Below are positions 26,651-37,995 of a stretch of 64,000 nt of DNA, piece by piece. This DNA comes from Escherichia coli. GTDB taxonomy: Bacteria; Pseudomonadota; Gammaproteobacteria; Enterobacterales; Enterobacteriaceae. The notes below the pieces were generated by a model. It was not told where the DNA came from and did no database searches. It saw only the letters and a list, made by a program, of their open reading frames with translations. Numbering within the stretch: the first letter of the stretch is position 1; every line of letters begins with the position of its first letter. The position numbers were made by a program, and so were the translations under genes. The stretch lies in the NCBI RefSeq assembly GCF_050320075.1, contig NZ_CP190018.1; one strand, written 5' to 3'.

Positions 26651-26995
26651 ATGTATTTACGACCAGACGAGGTGGCGCGCGTACTTGAAAAAGTCGGTTT
26701 TACTGTCGATGTGGTAACCCAGAAAGCTTATGGTTACCGCCGTGGGGAAAATTATGTCTATGTTAATCGCGAAGCGCGAATGGGACGTACCGCCCTGGTG
26801 ATTCATCCAACATTAAAAGAACGTAGTTCAACACTGGCTGAACCCGCTTCCGATATTAAAACTTGCGATCATTACCAGCAATTTCCGCTCTATTTAGCGG
26901 GTGAACGTCATGAGCATTACGGTATCCCGCATGGCTTTAGTTCGCGTGTTGCGCTTGAACGTTATTTGAATGGTTTATTTGGCGAAGCCAGTTAA
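26651..26995 (+). CDS. ygaC: Uncharacterized protein YgaC
   Basis: 114-aa ORF; synteny between ygaM and alaE. Confidence 0.8.
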
Positions 26996-27031
26996 AGACG
27001 CGACTGGCGATGCCAGTCGCGAAAAGAAGGG

Positions 27032-27481
27032 TCAGGCTTTTACCTGCTGGTAACGGCTGACTTTAAACAGTCGGCGGCAATAATCGAGGAAGTAGCCATA
27101 AACCGCCCCCATCAACATCGAAACAACGATGTTTGAACTGACCGCCGCCATAATCTGATGCCAGTCTGCGCCCACCACTAACAAGATCGCCACATACACC
27201 GGTGACTGGAACGTCACATAAGCCATGATATCCGCCAGATTTTTTATCCAGCCCGACGGGCTAACTTTGCGTGCTGCGCGCATAAACAGATCGCGGTACA
27301 TACCGTATGGCCATGCAATTAAGATGTTCACCGGAATCGCTACCAATCTGGAATAAAAAGATTGTTCGAAGCTCATTCCGGAGAGGAAAACTTCAATACA
27401 CATGTTCACGACAGAACAGTAAACAACCATCGCGAACGTATCTGCAACTGCATGACGCAAGCGTGACTGCGGTGAGAACAT
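27032..27481 (-). CDS. alaE: L-alanine exporter
   Basis: 149-aa hydrophobic [24 protein letters not shown].. Confidence 0.88.
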   Translation of the reverse strand: MFSPQSRLRHAVADTFAMVVYCSVVNMCIEVFLSGMSFEQSFYSRLVAIPVNILIAWPYGMYRDLFMRAARKVSPSGWIKNLADIMAYVTFQSPVYVAILLVVGADWHQIMAAVSSNIVVSMLMGAVYGYFLDYCRRLFKVSRYQQVKA

Positions 27482-28148
27482 GCTAATGCTCCTTAATAAA
27501 AGCGTAATGGGATGTTAATGGAGATGAAAGCAGTGGATCTCATTGTCATCTGCATTTTCGCATAGCGTATATCGCTGGCTATGACTAATCAATTAGTGAA
27601 AAATTTTTATTTAATCTGTTTTTGTAGATAAAATATTCCGTAACAGCGCGTTTTTTGTACATTGTGGATTTTTACATGCCGATATGATTTATTTTTAATT
27701 AAATCAATTGGATATGTGTTTACCTTTATTATCACTCATGAAGGTTTAGGGGTGAGGTAACGCTATAAGCGTAGAGAATTCGGTGTATGTCGTGACCGGG
27801 TCATTTTCAGCATTTTTTATGCCAGAAAATGTACATTGACAGCAGAAAGCACCAGTGAGGGGTGTTTCCATTTATTCGGTTAAATTGCATTTTTATTCAT
27901 TTTTGTTTTGTCAGGCTTGCGGAATTAGCGAGCAGAGAGCGCCGCTCTGCTCACAAATAACCGAAATTACTCATCAAAATGGCTAATATATAATCTTGAA
28001 ATTATTCTGAGAGTTTCAGAAAATAACAGCTGAAATAATCTCGCGCAGGACTGTAAATAGATTAAATTTTGTGGAAATATAATAAGTGATCGCTTACACT
28101 ACGCGACGAAATACTTTTTTGTTTTGGCGTTAAAAGGTTTTCTTTATT

Positions 28149-28553
28149 ATGTCCGTAATGTTACAAAGTTTAAATAACATTCGCACCCTCCGTGCGATGG
28201 CTCGCGAATTCTCCATTGACGTTCTTGAAGAAATGCTCGAAAAATTCAGGGTTGTCACTAAAGAAAGACGTGAAGAAGAAGAACAGCAGCAGCGTGAACT
28301 GGCAGAGCGCCAGGAAAAAATTAGCACCTGGCTGGAGCTGATGAAAGCTGACGGAATTAACCCGGAAGAGTTATTGGGTAATAGCTCCGCGGCCGCCCCA
28401 CGCGCTGGTAAAAAACGCCAGCCGCGTCCGGCGAAATATAAATTCACCGATGTTAACGGTGAAACTAAAACCTGGACCGGTCAGGGCCGTACACCGAAGC
28501 CAATCGCTCAGGCGCTGGCAGAAGGTAAATCTCTCGACGATTTCCTGATCTAA
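28149..28553 (+). CDS. stpA: H-NS paralogue StpA
   Basis: 134-aa [35 protein letters not shown]..; long AT-rich upstream region (27482-28148). Confidence 0.96.
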   Translation: MSVMLQSLNNIRTLRAMAREFSIDVLEEMLEKFRVVTKERREEEEQQQRELAERQEKISTWLELMKADGINPEELLGNSSAAAPRAGKKRQPRPAKYKFTDVNGETKTWTGQGRTPKPIAQALAEGKSLDDFLI

Positions 28554-28599
28554 TTACTGAGGCCGGATGCCGCCGCTATGGCGCGTCCGGCGTCGCTTC

Positions 28600-29124
28600 T
28601 CAAGCTCGTTGGTTCCACGGCATCTTATCTAACAACCTTGCCATCCCACAAAAACCGCTAATTCCTGCAAACAGTAACCCGGCACCAACAAAGCCGCTTA
28701 ATAAGAAGAAACCGCTATTTACGGTATAACCGAGTATAACGCCGATTAATATTAAACCACCCGCAGCGATCTGCACCTGGCGCATTAACGGCAAGGGTTG
28801 AGATTTATTTACCGCTACTGGTAATCCTGCTTTTTTCCAGCCATCAATCCCATCTTCGAGTAAAAAGATTTCTGCGGGGGCGGCAATCGCTGCTAATTTA
28901 TCGGCGTTATTACTGGTGCGTTTACCTGCCTGGCAGTGGAATATAATTTGCTCGTGACGTAATTTAGCCGGAAGACCTGACTGTTCCAGCACGGATAATG
29001 GAGCCAGATCTGCTTCAGGAATATGCTCACGAAGATATTCATCAGCGTCACGAATATCGATTAACTTTGCGCCGCGTGCGATTAATTCTTGTGCATCATG
29101 CGGCGAAATGGTTGTCAAAGCCAT
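28600..29124 (-). CDS. ygaP: Rhodanese-domain inner membrane sulfurtransferase
   Basis: 174-aa ORF with rhodanese cysteine (FHCQAGKR) and C-terminal TM segments. Confidence 0.88.
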   Translation of the reverse strand: MALTTISPHDAQELIARGAKLIDIRDADEYLREHIPEADLAPLSVLEQSGLPAKLRHEQIIFHCQAGKRTSNNADKLAAIAAPAEIFLLEDGIDGWKKAGLPVAVNKSQPLPLMRQVQIAAGGLILIGVILGYTVNSGFFLLSGFVGAGLLFAGISGFCGMARLLDKMPWNQRA

Positions 29125-29133
29125 AGTGACTCC

Positions 29134-29433
29134 TTACGGACAATAGACATTTTTCAGGGTGGCGATAATGGCATTTACCGCCTCATTTTTAATGGAATAT
29201 AGAATGCGTTGGGCATCCCGTTGGCTGTCGATAAGCCCTTCGTCCCGCATACGAGCGAGATGCTGTGATGTTGCAGAGGCACTTAGTCCGGTAATGCGCG
29301 TCAGCTCTCCCGCACTGGTGCCGGGAGAACCGCTAAGCATGCACAGAATCAGCAACCGTTTAGGGTGGCTCATTGCTTTCAATAAGGCCGCTGCCTGTTC
29401 GGCACTGGCCTGTAATTGCGCGAGTTCAGTCAT
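29134..29433 (-). CDS. ygaV: ArsR/SmtB-family transcriptional regulator
   Basis: 99-aa HTH ORF immediately upstream of ygaP. Confidence 0.88.
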   Translation of the reverse strand: MTELAQLQASAEQAAALLKAMSHPKRLLILCMLSGSPGTSAGELTRITGLSASATSQHLARMRDEGLIDSQRDAQRILYSIKNEAVNAIIATLKNVYCP

Positions 29434-29615
29434 AGTTATTTAAGCATTTTCTAAATTAAGTAAACTCTAAACTAAAAATATAACATATGCCAGCATCAGC
29501 AGCGTAAATGAGAGTAAAAGCGTAAGCTGAAACTGGCAGGCTCCGCTAAAATTACTACGCTTAAGAGATAAAATCTCTTTTTAAACAATGAGTAATTTTC
29601 TTATAGGGAGTACAT

Positions 29616-29774
29616 ATGGGTTTCTGGAGAATCGTCATCACCATCATTCTGCCGCCACTCGGCGTGCTGCTCGGTAAAGGGTTCGGTTGGGCGTTCATTA
29701 TTAATATTCTGCTGACACTGCTTGGGTATATCCCCGGTTTGATTCACGCTTTCTGGGTGCAAACCCGCGATTAA
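29616..29774 (+). CDS. yqaE: Small UPF0057/Pmp3-family membrane protein (52 aa)
   Basis: Hand-translated: ATG at 29616 gives MGFWRIVITIILPPLGVLLGKGFGWAFIINILLTLLGYIPGLIHAFWVQTRD*; below the 60-aa cutoff of the ORF track. Confidence 0.85.
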   Translation: MGFWRIVITIILPPLGVLLGKGFGWAFIINILLTLLGYIPGLIHAFWVQTRD

Positions 29775-29857
29775 ACCTGTGTTCACCCCCGCGGCGTTAA
29801 CGCGCCGCGTTCCTCTGCTACACTTTCTGAGTGTTTCCGTTAACGAATGAGGTAGCT

Positions 29858-30307
29858 ATGGGTCTGTTCAATTTTGTGAAAGATGCCGGAGAAAAACTCT
29901 GGGACGCGGTTACAGGTCAGCACGATAAAGACGATCAGGCGAAGAAGGTGCAGGAGCATCTGAACAAAACCGGTATACCTGATGCCGATAAAGTGAACAT
30001 TCAAATCGCCGACGGCAAAGCGACGGTCACGGGTGACGGCTTAAGTCAGGAGGCGAAGGAGAAAATCCTTGTTGCGGTGGGGAATATTTCCGGTATTGCC
30101 AGTGTCGATGATCAGGTGAAAACGGCGACACCAGCCGCTGCCAGCCAGTTTTATACCGTTAAGTCTGGCGACACTCTTAGCGCCATTTCTAAACAGGTCT
30201 ACGGTAACGCCAATCTGTACAATAAAATCTTCGAAGCGAATAAACCGATGCTGAAAAGCCCGGATAAAATTTACCCGGGGCAAGTGTTGCGTATTCCTGA
30301 AGAGTAG
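29858..30307 (+). CDS. kbp: K+-binding BON/LysM protein Kbp (YgaU)
   Basis: Start [15 protein letters not shown].. inside track ORF 29831..30307 gives 149 aa; C-terminal LysM ([14 protein letters not shown]). Confidence 0.9.
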   Translation: MGLFNFVKDAGEKLWDAVTGQHDKDDQAKKVQEHLNKTGIPDADKVNIQIADGKATVTGDGLSQEAKEKILVAVGNISGIASVDDQVKTATPAAASQFYTVKSGDTLSAISKQVYGNANLYNKIFEANKPMLKSPDKIYPGQVLRIPEE

Positions 30308-30970
30308 TTAATTGCCAGCCATCGCCTGCTGGATAATGGGAATTGGCGTCAGTAAATGCTGGCGCATTAACTCACTGGCGCGCGCGGTATCTCGCGCCAG
30401 TACCGCCGCAGTCAGGGTCTGGTGCTGATCGTGTTTATCCTCCAGCATCTCCACCGAAAGCACTGTTCGCCGCAGCCAGATAAATCGATAGCGCGCCGCC
30501 AGATCAAACAACCGTTCACGCATTTGCAGCAAATAGTGAGAACCACAGCCCGCCACAATTGCCGTATGAAACGCCTGATGACGCAGATCCCACTCATCAA
30601 GCATTTTCTCACTGGCGTCACAGGCCTCCAGCTTACTGAGCAGATGCGCTTTTGCGAGAACGTCTGCCTCCCATTCATCGCCACCGCGGGCAATCGCCAG
30701 ACTGACCAGCATCGCTTCCATATTGGCGCGGGCGTCGAAAATATCGAGCAGCTCCTGCTCTGACATAGACGCCACCCGATACCCTTTTTGATTCACCACC
30801 GTGACCAGCCGTTCCGCCACCAGTTGCGAAAGAGCTTCCCGTAACGGCCCAACGCCAAGTGCATAACGCGATGTAAGCAAACTCATCCGTAATTTTTCAT
30901 CCGGTTGAAAATTACCGCGAATAATATCGTTCTTCAGCCAGCGATAGCCATCCAGAGACGTAATGGTCAT
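30308..30970 (-). CDS. csiR: GntR-family repressor CsiR
   Basis: Internal start MTITSLDGYRWLKNDIIRG.. gives 220 aa; downstream of gabP. Confidence 0.88.
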   Translation of the reverse strand: MTITSLDGYRWLKNDIIRGNFQPDEKLRMSLLTSRYALGVGPLREALSQLVAERLVTVVNQKGYRVASMSEQELLDIFDARANMEAMLVSLAIARGGDEWEADVLAKAHLLSKLEACDASEKMLDEWDLRHQAFHTAIVAGCGSHYLLQMRERLFDLAARYRFIWLRRTVLSVEMLEDKHDQHQTLTAAVLARDTARASELMRQHLLTPIPIIQQAMAGN

Positions 30971-30990
30971 GGTGTGACTCCTGATCATTA

Positions 30991-32391
30991 TCAGCGCGTA
31001 TTATGAACGGGTGTTTTTTGCCACAATACCAGCTTTTTCCAGCGAGCCATAATTGGCACGGTACAGATAATCCCTATCGCTAATAAGCCGGTGGAGATCA
31101 CTTCTAACTGTTGCGCCGGGCGGAATAGCATCACTACCAACACAAAGGTAATAAAGCCGATGACCAGCCAGGTGAGCCACGGATAAAGCCACATCCGCAG
31201 GCGAATTTCGCTTCCTTCTGCTCGCAGAATTTTGCGCATCCGCAATTGTGAAACGGCGATGACTAAATAAACCAGCAGGGCGATAGCGCCGGAGCTGTCG
31301 ATCAGAAATTTAAACACTTTCGCAGGCGCGTAATAATTCACCACCACCGTTAAAAATGCCGCACCGGTCGAGAGTAATACCGCCACATACGGGGTTTTAC
31401 TGCGGTTGATTTTACCCATTACCGCGGGAGCATCACCGCGACGGCTTAAGGAGTAGAGCATTCTGGAAGCGGTATACAGCGCCGAGTTCAGGCAACTGGT
31501 TACGGAAAGTAATATCACGCAGTCCATGATTAATTTCGCATGGGGAATATTGAGCAACTCCAGAACCGAGCGATAAGATCCAACGGCTTTCAGCCCCGGC
31601 ATATTCCACGGTATTAATGCCACGACGACAAAAATAGAGCACAAATAGAAGATAGAAATACGCCAGATAACCGAGTTGGTGGCGCGGACAATATGTTTTT
31701 CCGGCGTGTCAGATTCCGCGGCGGCAATGGTGACAATTTCTGCGCCCATAAACGAGAACATGGTGATCAACATCGCGCTTAATACCGCGCCGAAGCCGTT
31801 GGGCATAAAGCCGCCGCTATCCCACAATCTTGAGATCCCGCTCACTTCGGCATAAGGGTAAAAACCGCTAATTGCGACTGCACCAAGGAAAATAAAGGCC
31901 AGGATAGCGATGACTTTGCACAGCGCCAGCCAGAACTCAAATTCGCCGTAGTTTTTAACGCTTAATAAATTACTGCCAGTTAAGGCGAGGGTAATGACGA
32001 GGGAAAATAACCAGATGGGAATGCCTGGAACCCACGAGTGCAGGATCATGGCGGCGATGTTGGCTTCCAGCGGGATAACCAGTACCCAAAACCACCAGTA
32101 CAACCAGCCGATGGTATAGCCCGCCCAACGACCAATAGCTTTATCTGCATAGGTGGAAAACGAACCCGTGTCGGGCGTGGCAACCGCCATTTCCGCCAAC
32201 ATCCGCATAATCATAACCACCAGTAATCCGGCGAACAGATAGGCCAGTAATACCGCCGGGCCCGCTTCGGCGATAGCGACGCTGGAACCGACAAACAGAC
32301 TTGCGCCGATAACACCGGCAATAGACAACATGGTGACGTGGCGTGACTTCAGCCCGCCGCCTAACTCATGTGGTTGCGATGATTGCCCCAT
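30991..32391 (-). CDS. gabP: GABA permease (APC family)
   Basis: Internal start MGQSSQPHELGGGLKSRHVTMLSIAGVIG.. gives 466 aa. Confidence 0.93.
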   Translation of the reverse strand: MGQSSQPHELGGGLKSRHVTMLSIAGVIGASLFVGSSVAIAEAGPAVLLAYLFAGLLVVMIMRMLAEMAVATPDTGSFSTYADKAIGRWAGYTIGWLYWWFWVLVIPLEANIAAMILHSWVPGIPIWLFSLVITLALTGSNLLSVKNYGEFEFWLALCKVIAILAFIFLGAVAISGFYPYAEVSGISRLWDSGGFMPNGFGAVLSAMLITMFSFMGAEIVTIAAAESDTPEKHIVRATNSVIWRISIFYLCSIFVVVALIPWNMPGLKAVGSYRSVLELLNIPHAKLIMDCVILLSVTSCLNSALYTASRMLYSLSRRGDAPAVMGKINRSKTPYVAVLLSTGAAFLTVVVNYYAPAKVFKFLIDSSGAIALLVYLVIAVSQLRMRKILRAEGSEIRLRMWLYPWLTWLVIGFITFVLVVMLFRPAQQLEVISTGLLAIGIICTVPIMARWKKLVLWQKTPVHNTR

Positions 32392-32489
32392 CCTGAATCC
32401 TCTCGAAAGTGTGTCACTTGGGAGAGCGCCCCGACATTTCCCGCGTCGGGTCACGCGTGTAATTGTTATTGGTTCTTTTTACCGGAGAG

Positions 32490-32620
32490 CGGCTCCGCCT
32501 TATCCGGCCGACATAGATTTATTCCTGTTCACGTACAGATTGTCGGATGCAGCGTAAACGCTTTATCCGACCTGGATTCGCGTAGGCCGGACAAGACGCG
32601 CAGCGTCGCCTCCGGCATGG
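32490..32620. repeat. REP/BIME-type palindromic units in the gabT-gabP intergenic region
   Basis: GCCTTATCCGGCC.., CGGATGCAGCGTAAACGCTTTATCCGACCTGG.., GCGTAGGCCGGACAAGACGCGCAGCGTCGCCTCCGGCATG resemble E. coli REP consensus. Confidence 0.65.
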
Positions 32621-32628
32621 GTACGGAT

Positions 32629-33909
32629 CTACTGCTTCGCCTCAGCAAAACACTGGCTGATGATTTCCAGACCCTGACGGATCTGAGCGTCTTCAATGGT
32701 GAGCGGTACAAGGATGCGCAGCACGTTGTAATACGGGCCGCAGGAGAGAAGAATCAGGCCTTTATCGCGGGCACGCGCCACGATCTCGGCGGTGAGTTTG
32801 GCGTCCGGTTTGCTGTGATCGCCATCTTCAAACAGCTCGATGGCAATCATCGCTCCCAGCCCGCGTACGTCGCCGATCTCCGGGTGTTTTTCGGCTATCG
32901 CCAGCAATCCGTCTTTCAACTTCTGCCCCAGATCGTTGGCTTTTTGCAGCAGATTTTCCTGCTCAAACACCTTCAACACTTCCAGCGCAGCCACGCAGGC
33001 AATCGGGTTACCGGCATAGGTGCCGCCCAGACCGCCTGGAGCGACGGCATCCATCACTTCCGCGCGCCCGGTGACGCCCGCCAGCGGGAAGCCGCCCGCG
33101 ATCGATTTCGCAAAGGTGGTAAGATCCGGCGCAACGCCCATCTGCTCCATCGCAAACAGCGTGCCGGTACGCCCCGCGCCGCTCTGCACTTCATCGGCAA
33201 TCAGCATGATCCCGTGCTCGTCACACAGCGCGCGTAAACGCTGCATAAAGGCTGGCGTCGCGGCGTAGAAACCGCCTTCGCCCTGAACCGGCTCAATCAC
33301 GATGGCGGCGATATCTTCCGGTGCAGCGTCATTTTTAAAAATTCGGTGAATGCTGGCGATAGCGTCATCTTCACTGATGCCGTGCAGCGGGCAAGGATAA
33401 AGCGCGCGATAAACGTGCCCAGGCATCAGTCCCATGCCCGCAGAGTACGGATTCACCTTGCCGGTCAGCGCCAGCGTGTAATGCGTGCGCCCGTGATATG
33501 CACCGCTAAAGGCGATGGTCCCGCTGCGTTTGGTGGCGGCGCGGGCGATTTTCACCGCGTTCTCCACCGCTTCAGAACCGGTCGTTACCAGCAGCGTTTT
33601 TTTGGCGAAATCTCCCGGCACCTTCTGATTCATAATCTCGCACAGCTCCAGATACGGTTCGTAAGCCAGCACCTGGAAGCAGGTGTGCGACAGCTTTTTC
33701 AACTGCGCTTCCACCGCCGCAACCACTTTCGGATGCAGGTGCCCGGTATTGAGCACCGCAATCCCGCCCGCGAAATCAAGAAACTCACGGCCTTCAACGT
33801 CCCACACCCGGCAGTTTTCCGCGCGGTCAGCGAAAATCGGGTGAATTTGCCCAACGCCACGAGGAACTGCCTGACTACGGCGCTGCATTAACTCTTTATT
33901 GCTGCTCAT
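32629..33909 (-). CDS. gabT: 4-aminobutyrate aminotransferase
   Basis: 426-aa class III PLP aminotransferase. Confidence 0.96.
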   Translation of the reverse strand: MSSNKELMQRRSQAVPRGVGQIHPIFADRAENCRVWDVEGREFLDFAGGIAVLNTGHLHPKVVAAVEAQLKKLSHTCFQVLAYEPYLELCEIMNQKVPGDFAKKTLLVTTGSEAVENAVKIARAATKRSGTIAFSGAYHGRTHYTLALTGKVNPYSAGMGLMPGHVYRALYPCPLHGISEDDAIASIHRIFKNDAAPEDIAAIVIEPVQGEGGFYAATPAFMQRLRALCDEHGIMLIADEVQSGAGRTGTLFAMEQMGVAPDLTTFAKSIAGGFPLAGVTGRAEVMDAVAPGGLGGTYAGNPIACVAALEVLKVFEQENLLQKANDLGQKLKDGLLAIAEKHPEIGDVRGLGAMIAIELFEDGDHSKPDAKLTAEIVARARDKGLILLSCGPYYNVLRILVPLTIEDAQIRQGLEIISQCFAEAKQ

Positions 33910-33922
33910 TCGCGTTCTCCAG

Positions 33923-35371
33923 TTAAAGACCGATGCACATATATTTGATTTCTAAGTAATCTTCGATGCCATACTTCGAACCTTCACGACCCAGACCCGA
34001 GGCTTTAATGCCGCCGAACGGGGCCACTTCATTGGAAATAATCCCGGTATTGATGCCGACGATGCCGTATTCCAGCGCCTCGCCCACGCGGAAGACGCGG
34101 CTTAAATCACGGGCGTAGAAATAGGCGGCAAGACCAAACTCGGTGTCATTGGCTTGTGCAATCACATCGGCTTCATCTTTAAAACGGAACAGCGGGGCGA
34201 GGGGGCCGAACGTCTCTTCTTTCGACACTTTGGCGTTGGCCGGAACGTCTACCAGAATGGTCGGCTGGAAGAAGTTGCCGCCGCGTTCATGTGCTTTACC
34301 GCCGCAAACCACGCGCGCGCCTTTCTCCAGGGCATCGGCGATATGCTCTTCCACTTTTGCTACCGCTTTTTCATCAATCAGCGGCCCAATAGTGACGCCT
34401 TTCTCCAGCCCGTCGCCGATGTGCAGTTTGCTCACCGCCTGCTGCAATTTTTCGGCAAAGCGGTCATACACGCCGTCCTGCACGTATAAACGGTTGGCGC
34501 AGACGCAGGTTTGCCCGGCGTTGCGGAATTTCGAGGCCAGTGCGCCTTCCACGGCTTTGTCGAGGTCGGCATCGTCAAAGACGATAAACGGCGCGTTGCC
34601 GCCCAGCTCCAGCGACACTTTCTTGATGTCTTTCGCGCACTGTTCCATTAACTGGCGGCCAATTTCGGTCGAGCCGGTAAACGACAGCTTGCGCACCAGC
34701 GGATTGCTGGTCAGTTCGTTACCGACCGCGCCCGCCGAACCGGTGACCACGTTAAATACGCCAGCCGGAACGCCTGCGCGAATCGCCAGCTCCGCCAGCG
34801 CCAGCGCAGAGAACGGCGTCTGACTGGCGGGCTTCAGCACCATGGTGCAGCCTGCCGCCAGCGCCGGACCGGCTTTGCGGGTAATCATCGCCGCCGGGAA
34901 GTTCCACGGCGTGATAGCCGCGGTGACGCCAATCGGCTGCTTGATAACAATCAGGCGTTTATCGGCCTGATGACCAGGAATGGTGTCGCCATAAATGCGT
35001 TTGCCTTCTTCGGCAAACCACTCAATAAAGGAGGCGGCGTAGCTAATTTCGCCTTTCGCTTCAGCCAGCGGTTTGCCCTGTTCTAGGGTCATCAGGCGCG
35101 CTAAATCGTCCTGATGCTCCATCATCAAATTGAACCAGTTGCGCAGAATGGTGGCGCGTTCTTTGGCGGTGAGCGCACGCCAGGCGGGCAGAGCACGGTT
35201 GGCGGCGTCGATAGCGGCGCGGGTTTCATCAGCGCCCATTTTGGGTACGCTACCCAGCTTGTCGCCGTTCGCCGGATTGGTGACGTCGATGACCTCGCCA
35301 TTGTTGGCGTCCAGCCATTCCCCGTTAATCAACGCCTGCTGGCGGAATAAGTTACTGTCGTTAAGTTTCAT
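33923..35371 (-). CDS. gabD: Succinate-semialdehyde dehydrogenase (NADP+)
   Basis: 482-aa aldehyde dehydrogenase. Confidence 0.96.
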   Translation of the reverse strand: MKLNDSNLFRQQALINGEWLDANNGEVIDVTNPANGDKLGSVPKMGADETRAAIDAANRALPAWRALTAKERATILRNWFNLMMEHQDDLARLMTLEQGKPLAEAKGEISYAASFIEWFAEEGKRIYGDTIPGHQADKRLIVIKQPIGVTAAITPWNFPAAMITRKAGPALAAGCTMVLKPASQTPFSALALAELAIRAGVPAGVFNVVTGSAGAVGNELTSNPLVRKLSFTGSTEIGRQLMEQCAKDIKKVSLELGGNAPFIVFDDADLDKAVEGALASKFRNAGQTCVCANRLYVQDGVYDRFAEKLQQAVSKLHIGDGLEKGVTIGPLIDEKAVAKVEEHIADALEKGARVVCGGKAHERGGNFFQPTILVDVPANAKVSKEETFGPLAPLFRFKDEADVIAQANDTEFGLAAYFYARDLSRVFRVGEALEYGIVGINTGIISNEVAPFGGIKASGLGREGSKYGIEDYLEIKYMCIGL

Positions 35372-35393
35372 TGTTACGTCCTGTTTTCAAAGG

Positions 35394-36662
35394 TTATTGA
35401 TTAAATGCGGCGTGTAAGGCATCCACACTACGTGCCGCTCGCAGCGTGCGTCCGGGGTTACTCTGGCTTGCCAACAGCGTTTGTACCTTGCTGACAATAT
35501 GCGCACCAATAGGAATTGCTGATGTCGCTGCCGGGGAGGGCGCATTGCAGGTGTGGATCGTGCGCGGGGTGGTGACAAACAGAAAATCGTCAATCAGCTT
35601 GCCGTCCGGCGATACCGCCTGCGCCCGCACACCTGCTGGCCAGGGCTGGAGATCGCTTAACGAAAGCCGGGGACAATACTTTTGCACCAGCCGCAGATAG
35701 CCGCTTTTGCACAGCGAGTTTTTCATCTCGCCCAATCCTGAGCGTAGATGGTTTTGCAGCACCCGGCGAATCCCCGACGAGCCTAAAATCTCCAGCGTGT
35801 CACTAAACGAGAAATCGCGCTTGCGATAGCCTTCGCGTTTAAAAGCCAGCACCGCGTTTGGCCCGACGGTCACGCTGCCATCGATCATGCGGGTGAGATG
35901 CACGCCCAAAAATGGCATCGCGGGGTCGGGAATGGGGTAAATCAGGTGGTTAACAATCTGGTTATGCTCCGGCGCAAGGCGGAAATACTCGCCACGGAAC
36001 GGGCAGATAATAAAGCCCGGTTCGAGGCCGAGCATTTTCACCAGCCGGTCAGCCATCAGCCCGGAACAGCTAATCAGCGTCGATGCTTCATATTCACCGC
36101 CCTGACGGGTACGTATCACCACGCCGTTTTTATGCTCACTGAGGGCGCTGACTTCGGCGTTATAAATAATCTCGCCGCCTCTGGCCTGGAAGATTTTTGC
36201 CATCGCCGCCGTCACTTCGCGATAGCTGACAATGCCGCTGGACGGCACAAAAATGCCGCCGAGCCCGGTGATATTCGGTTCGCGCTCGCGCAGTTCCTCG
36301 GCGTTTAACCACTCGCGCTCGATACCGTTCGCCGCCGTGCGTTCCCACAACGCGCGCATCCGTTCCATTTCAAGTTCAGAGGTGGCGACCAGCATCTTGC
36401 CGCAGTTGTCATAGCGAATGCCGTTTTGATCGCAAAAGGCTTTGGTGGCGCGGTTTCCCGCCAGGCAAAACTGCGCCTTCAGGCTGCCGGGCGTGTAATA
36501 GACCCCGGCATGGATCACGCCGCTGTTGTGGCCTGTCTGATGACAGGCCGGACCGGACTCTTTTTCCAGCAACGCAATGCGGGCATCCGGATAAACATCA
36601 ATCAGTTGCATGGCGGTCGACATGCCGATGATGCCGCCGCCAATAATCACAAAATCATACAT
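35394..36662 (-). CDS. lhgO: L-2-hydroxyglutarate oxidase/dehydrogenase
   Basis: Start MYDFVIIGGGIIGMSTA (FAD fold) gives 422 aa; track ORF extends 22 codons upstream. Confidence 0.92.
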   Translation of the reverse strand: MYDFVIIGGGIIGMSTAMQLIDVYPDARIALLEKESGPACHQTGHNSGVIHAGVYYTPGSLKAQFCLAGNRATKAFCDQNGIRYDNCGKMLVATSELEMERMRALWERTAANGIEREWLNAEELREREPNITGLGGIFVPSSGIVSYREVTAAMAKIFQARGGEIIYNAEVSALSEHKNGVVIRTRQGGEYEASTLISCSGLMADRLVKMLGLEPGFIICPFRGEYFRLAPEHNQIVNHLIYPIPDPAMPFLGVHLTRMIDGSVTVGPNAVLAFKREGYRKRDFSFSDTLEILGSSGIRRVLQNHLRSGLGEMKNSLCKSGYLRLVQKYCPRLSLSDLQPWPAGVRAQAVSPDGKLIDDFLFVTTPRTIHTCNAPSPAATSAIPIGAHIVSKVQTLLASQSNPGRTLRAARSVDALHAAFNQ

Positions 36663-36681
36663 CCGCTCAATTCCTTTGCGC

Positions 36682-37773
<1,092 letters not shown>

Positions 37774-37995
37774 TTATTGTGATCAAAAGCAACAAATTGG
37801 TAACATTTAACGTAGGGTATTAAGGCAAAGTGAGACAGGAAATGAATAACTAAAGCAACAGGTTAGGGGAGGATTACCATCAGAGAACAGATTATCTGGT
37901 CGATAAAAAACGGTAAATGGCTTCACTGCAAAATGACCGTTAGTAAACTAAACATATTATCTGCCCCGTTTTAGCGGGGCAGATATAACATTAAA

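Noticed and set aside
34143-34823. 226-aa plus-strand ORF inside gabD
   Set aside because: Antisense to the conserved aldehyde dehydrogenase frame; Ser/Ala-rich low-complexity translation.
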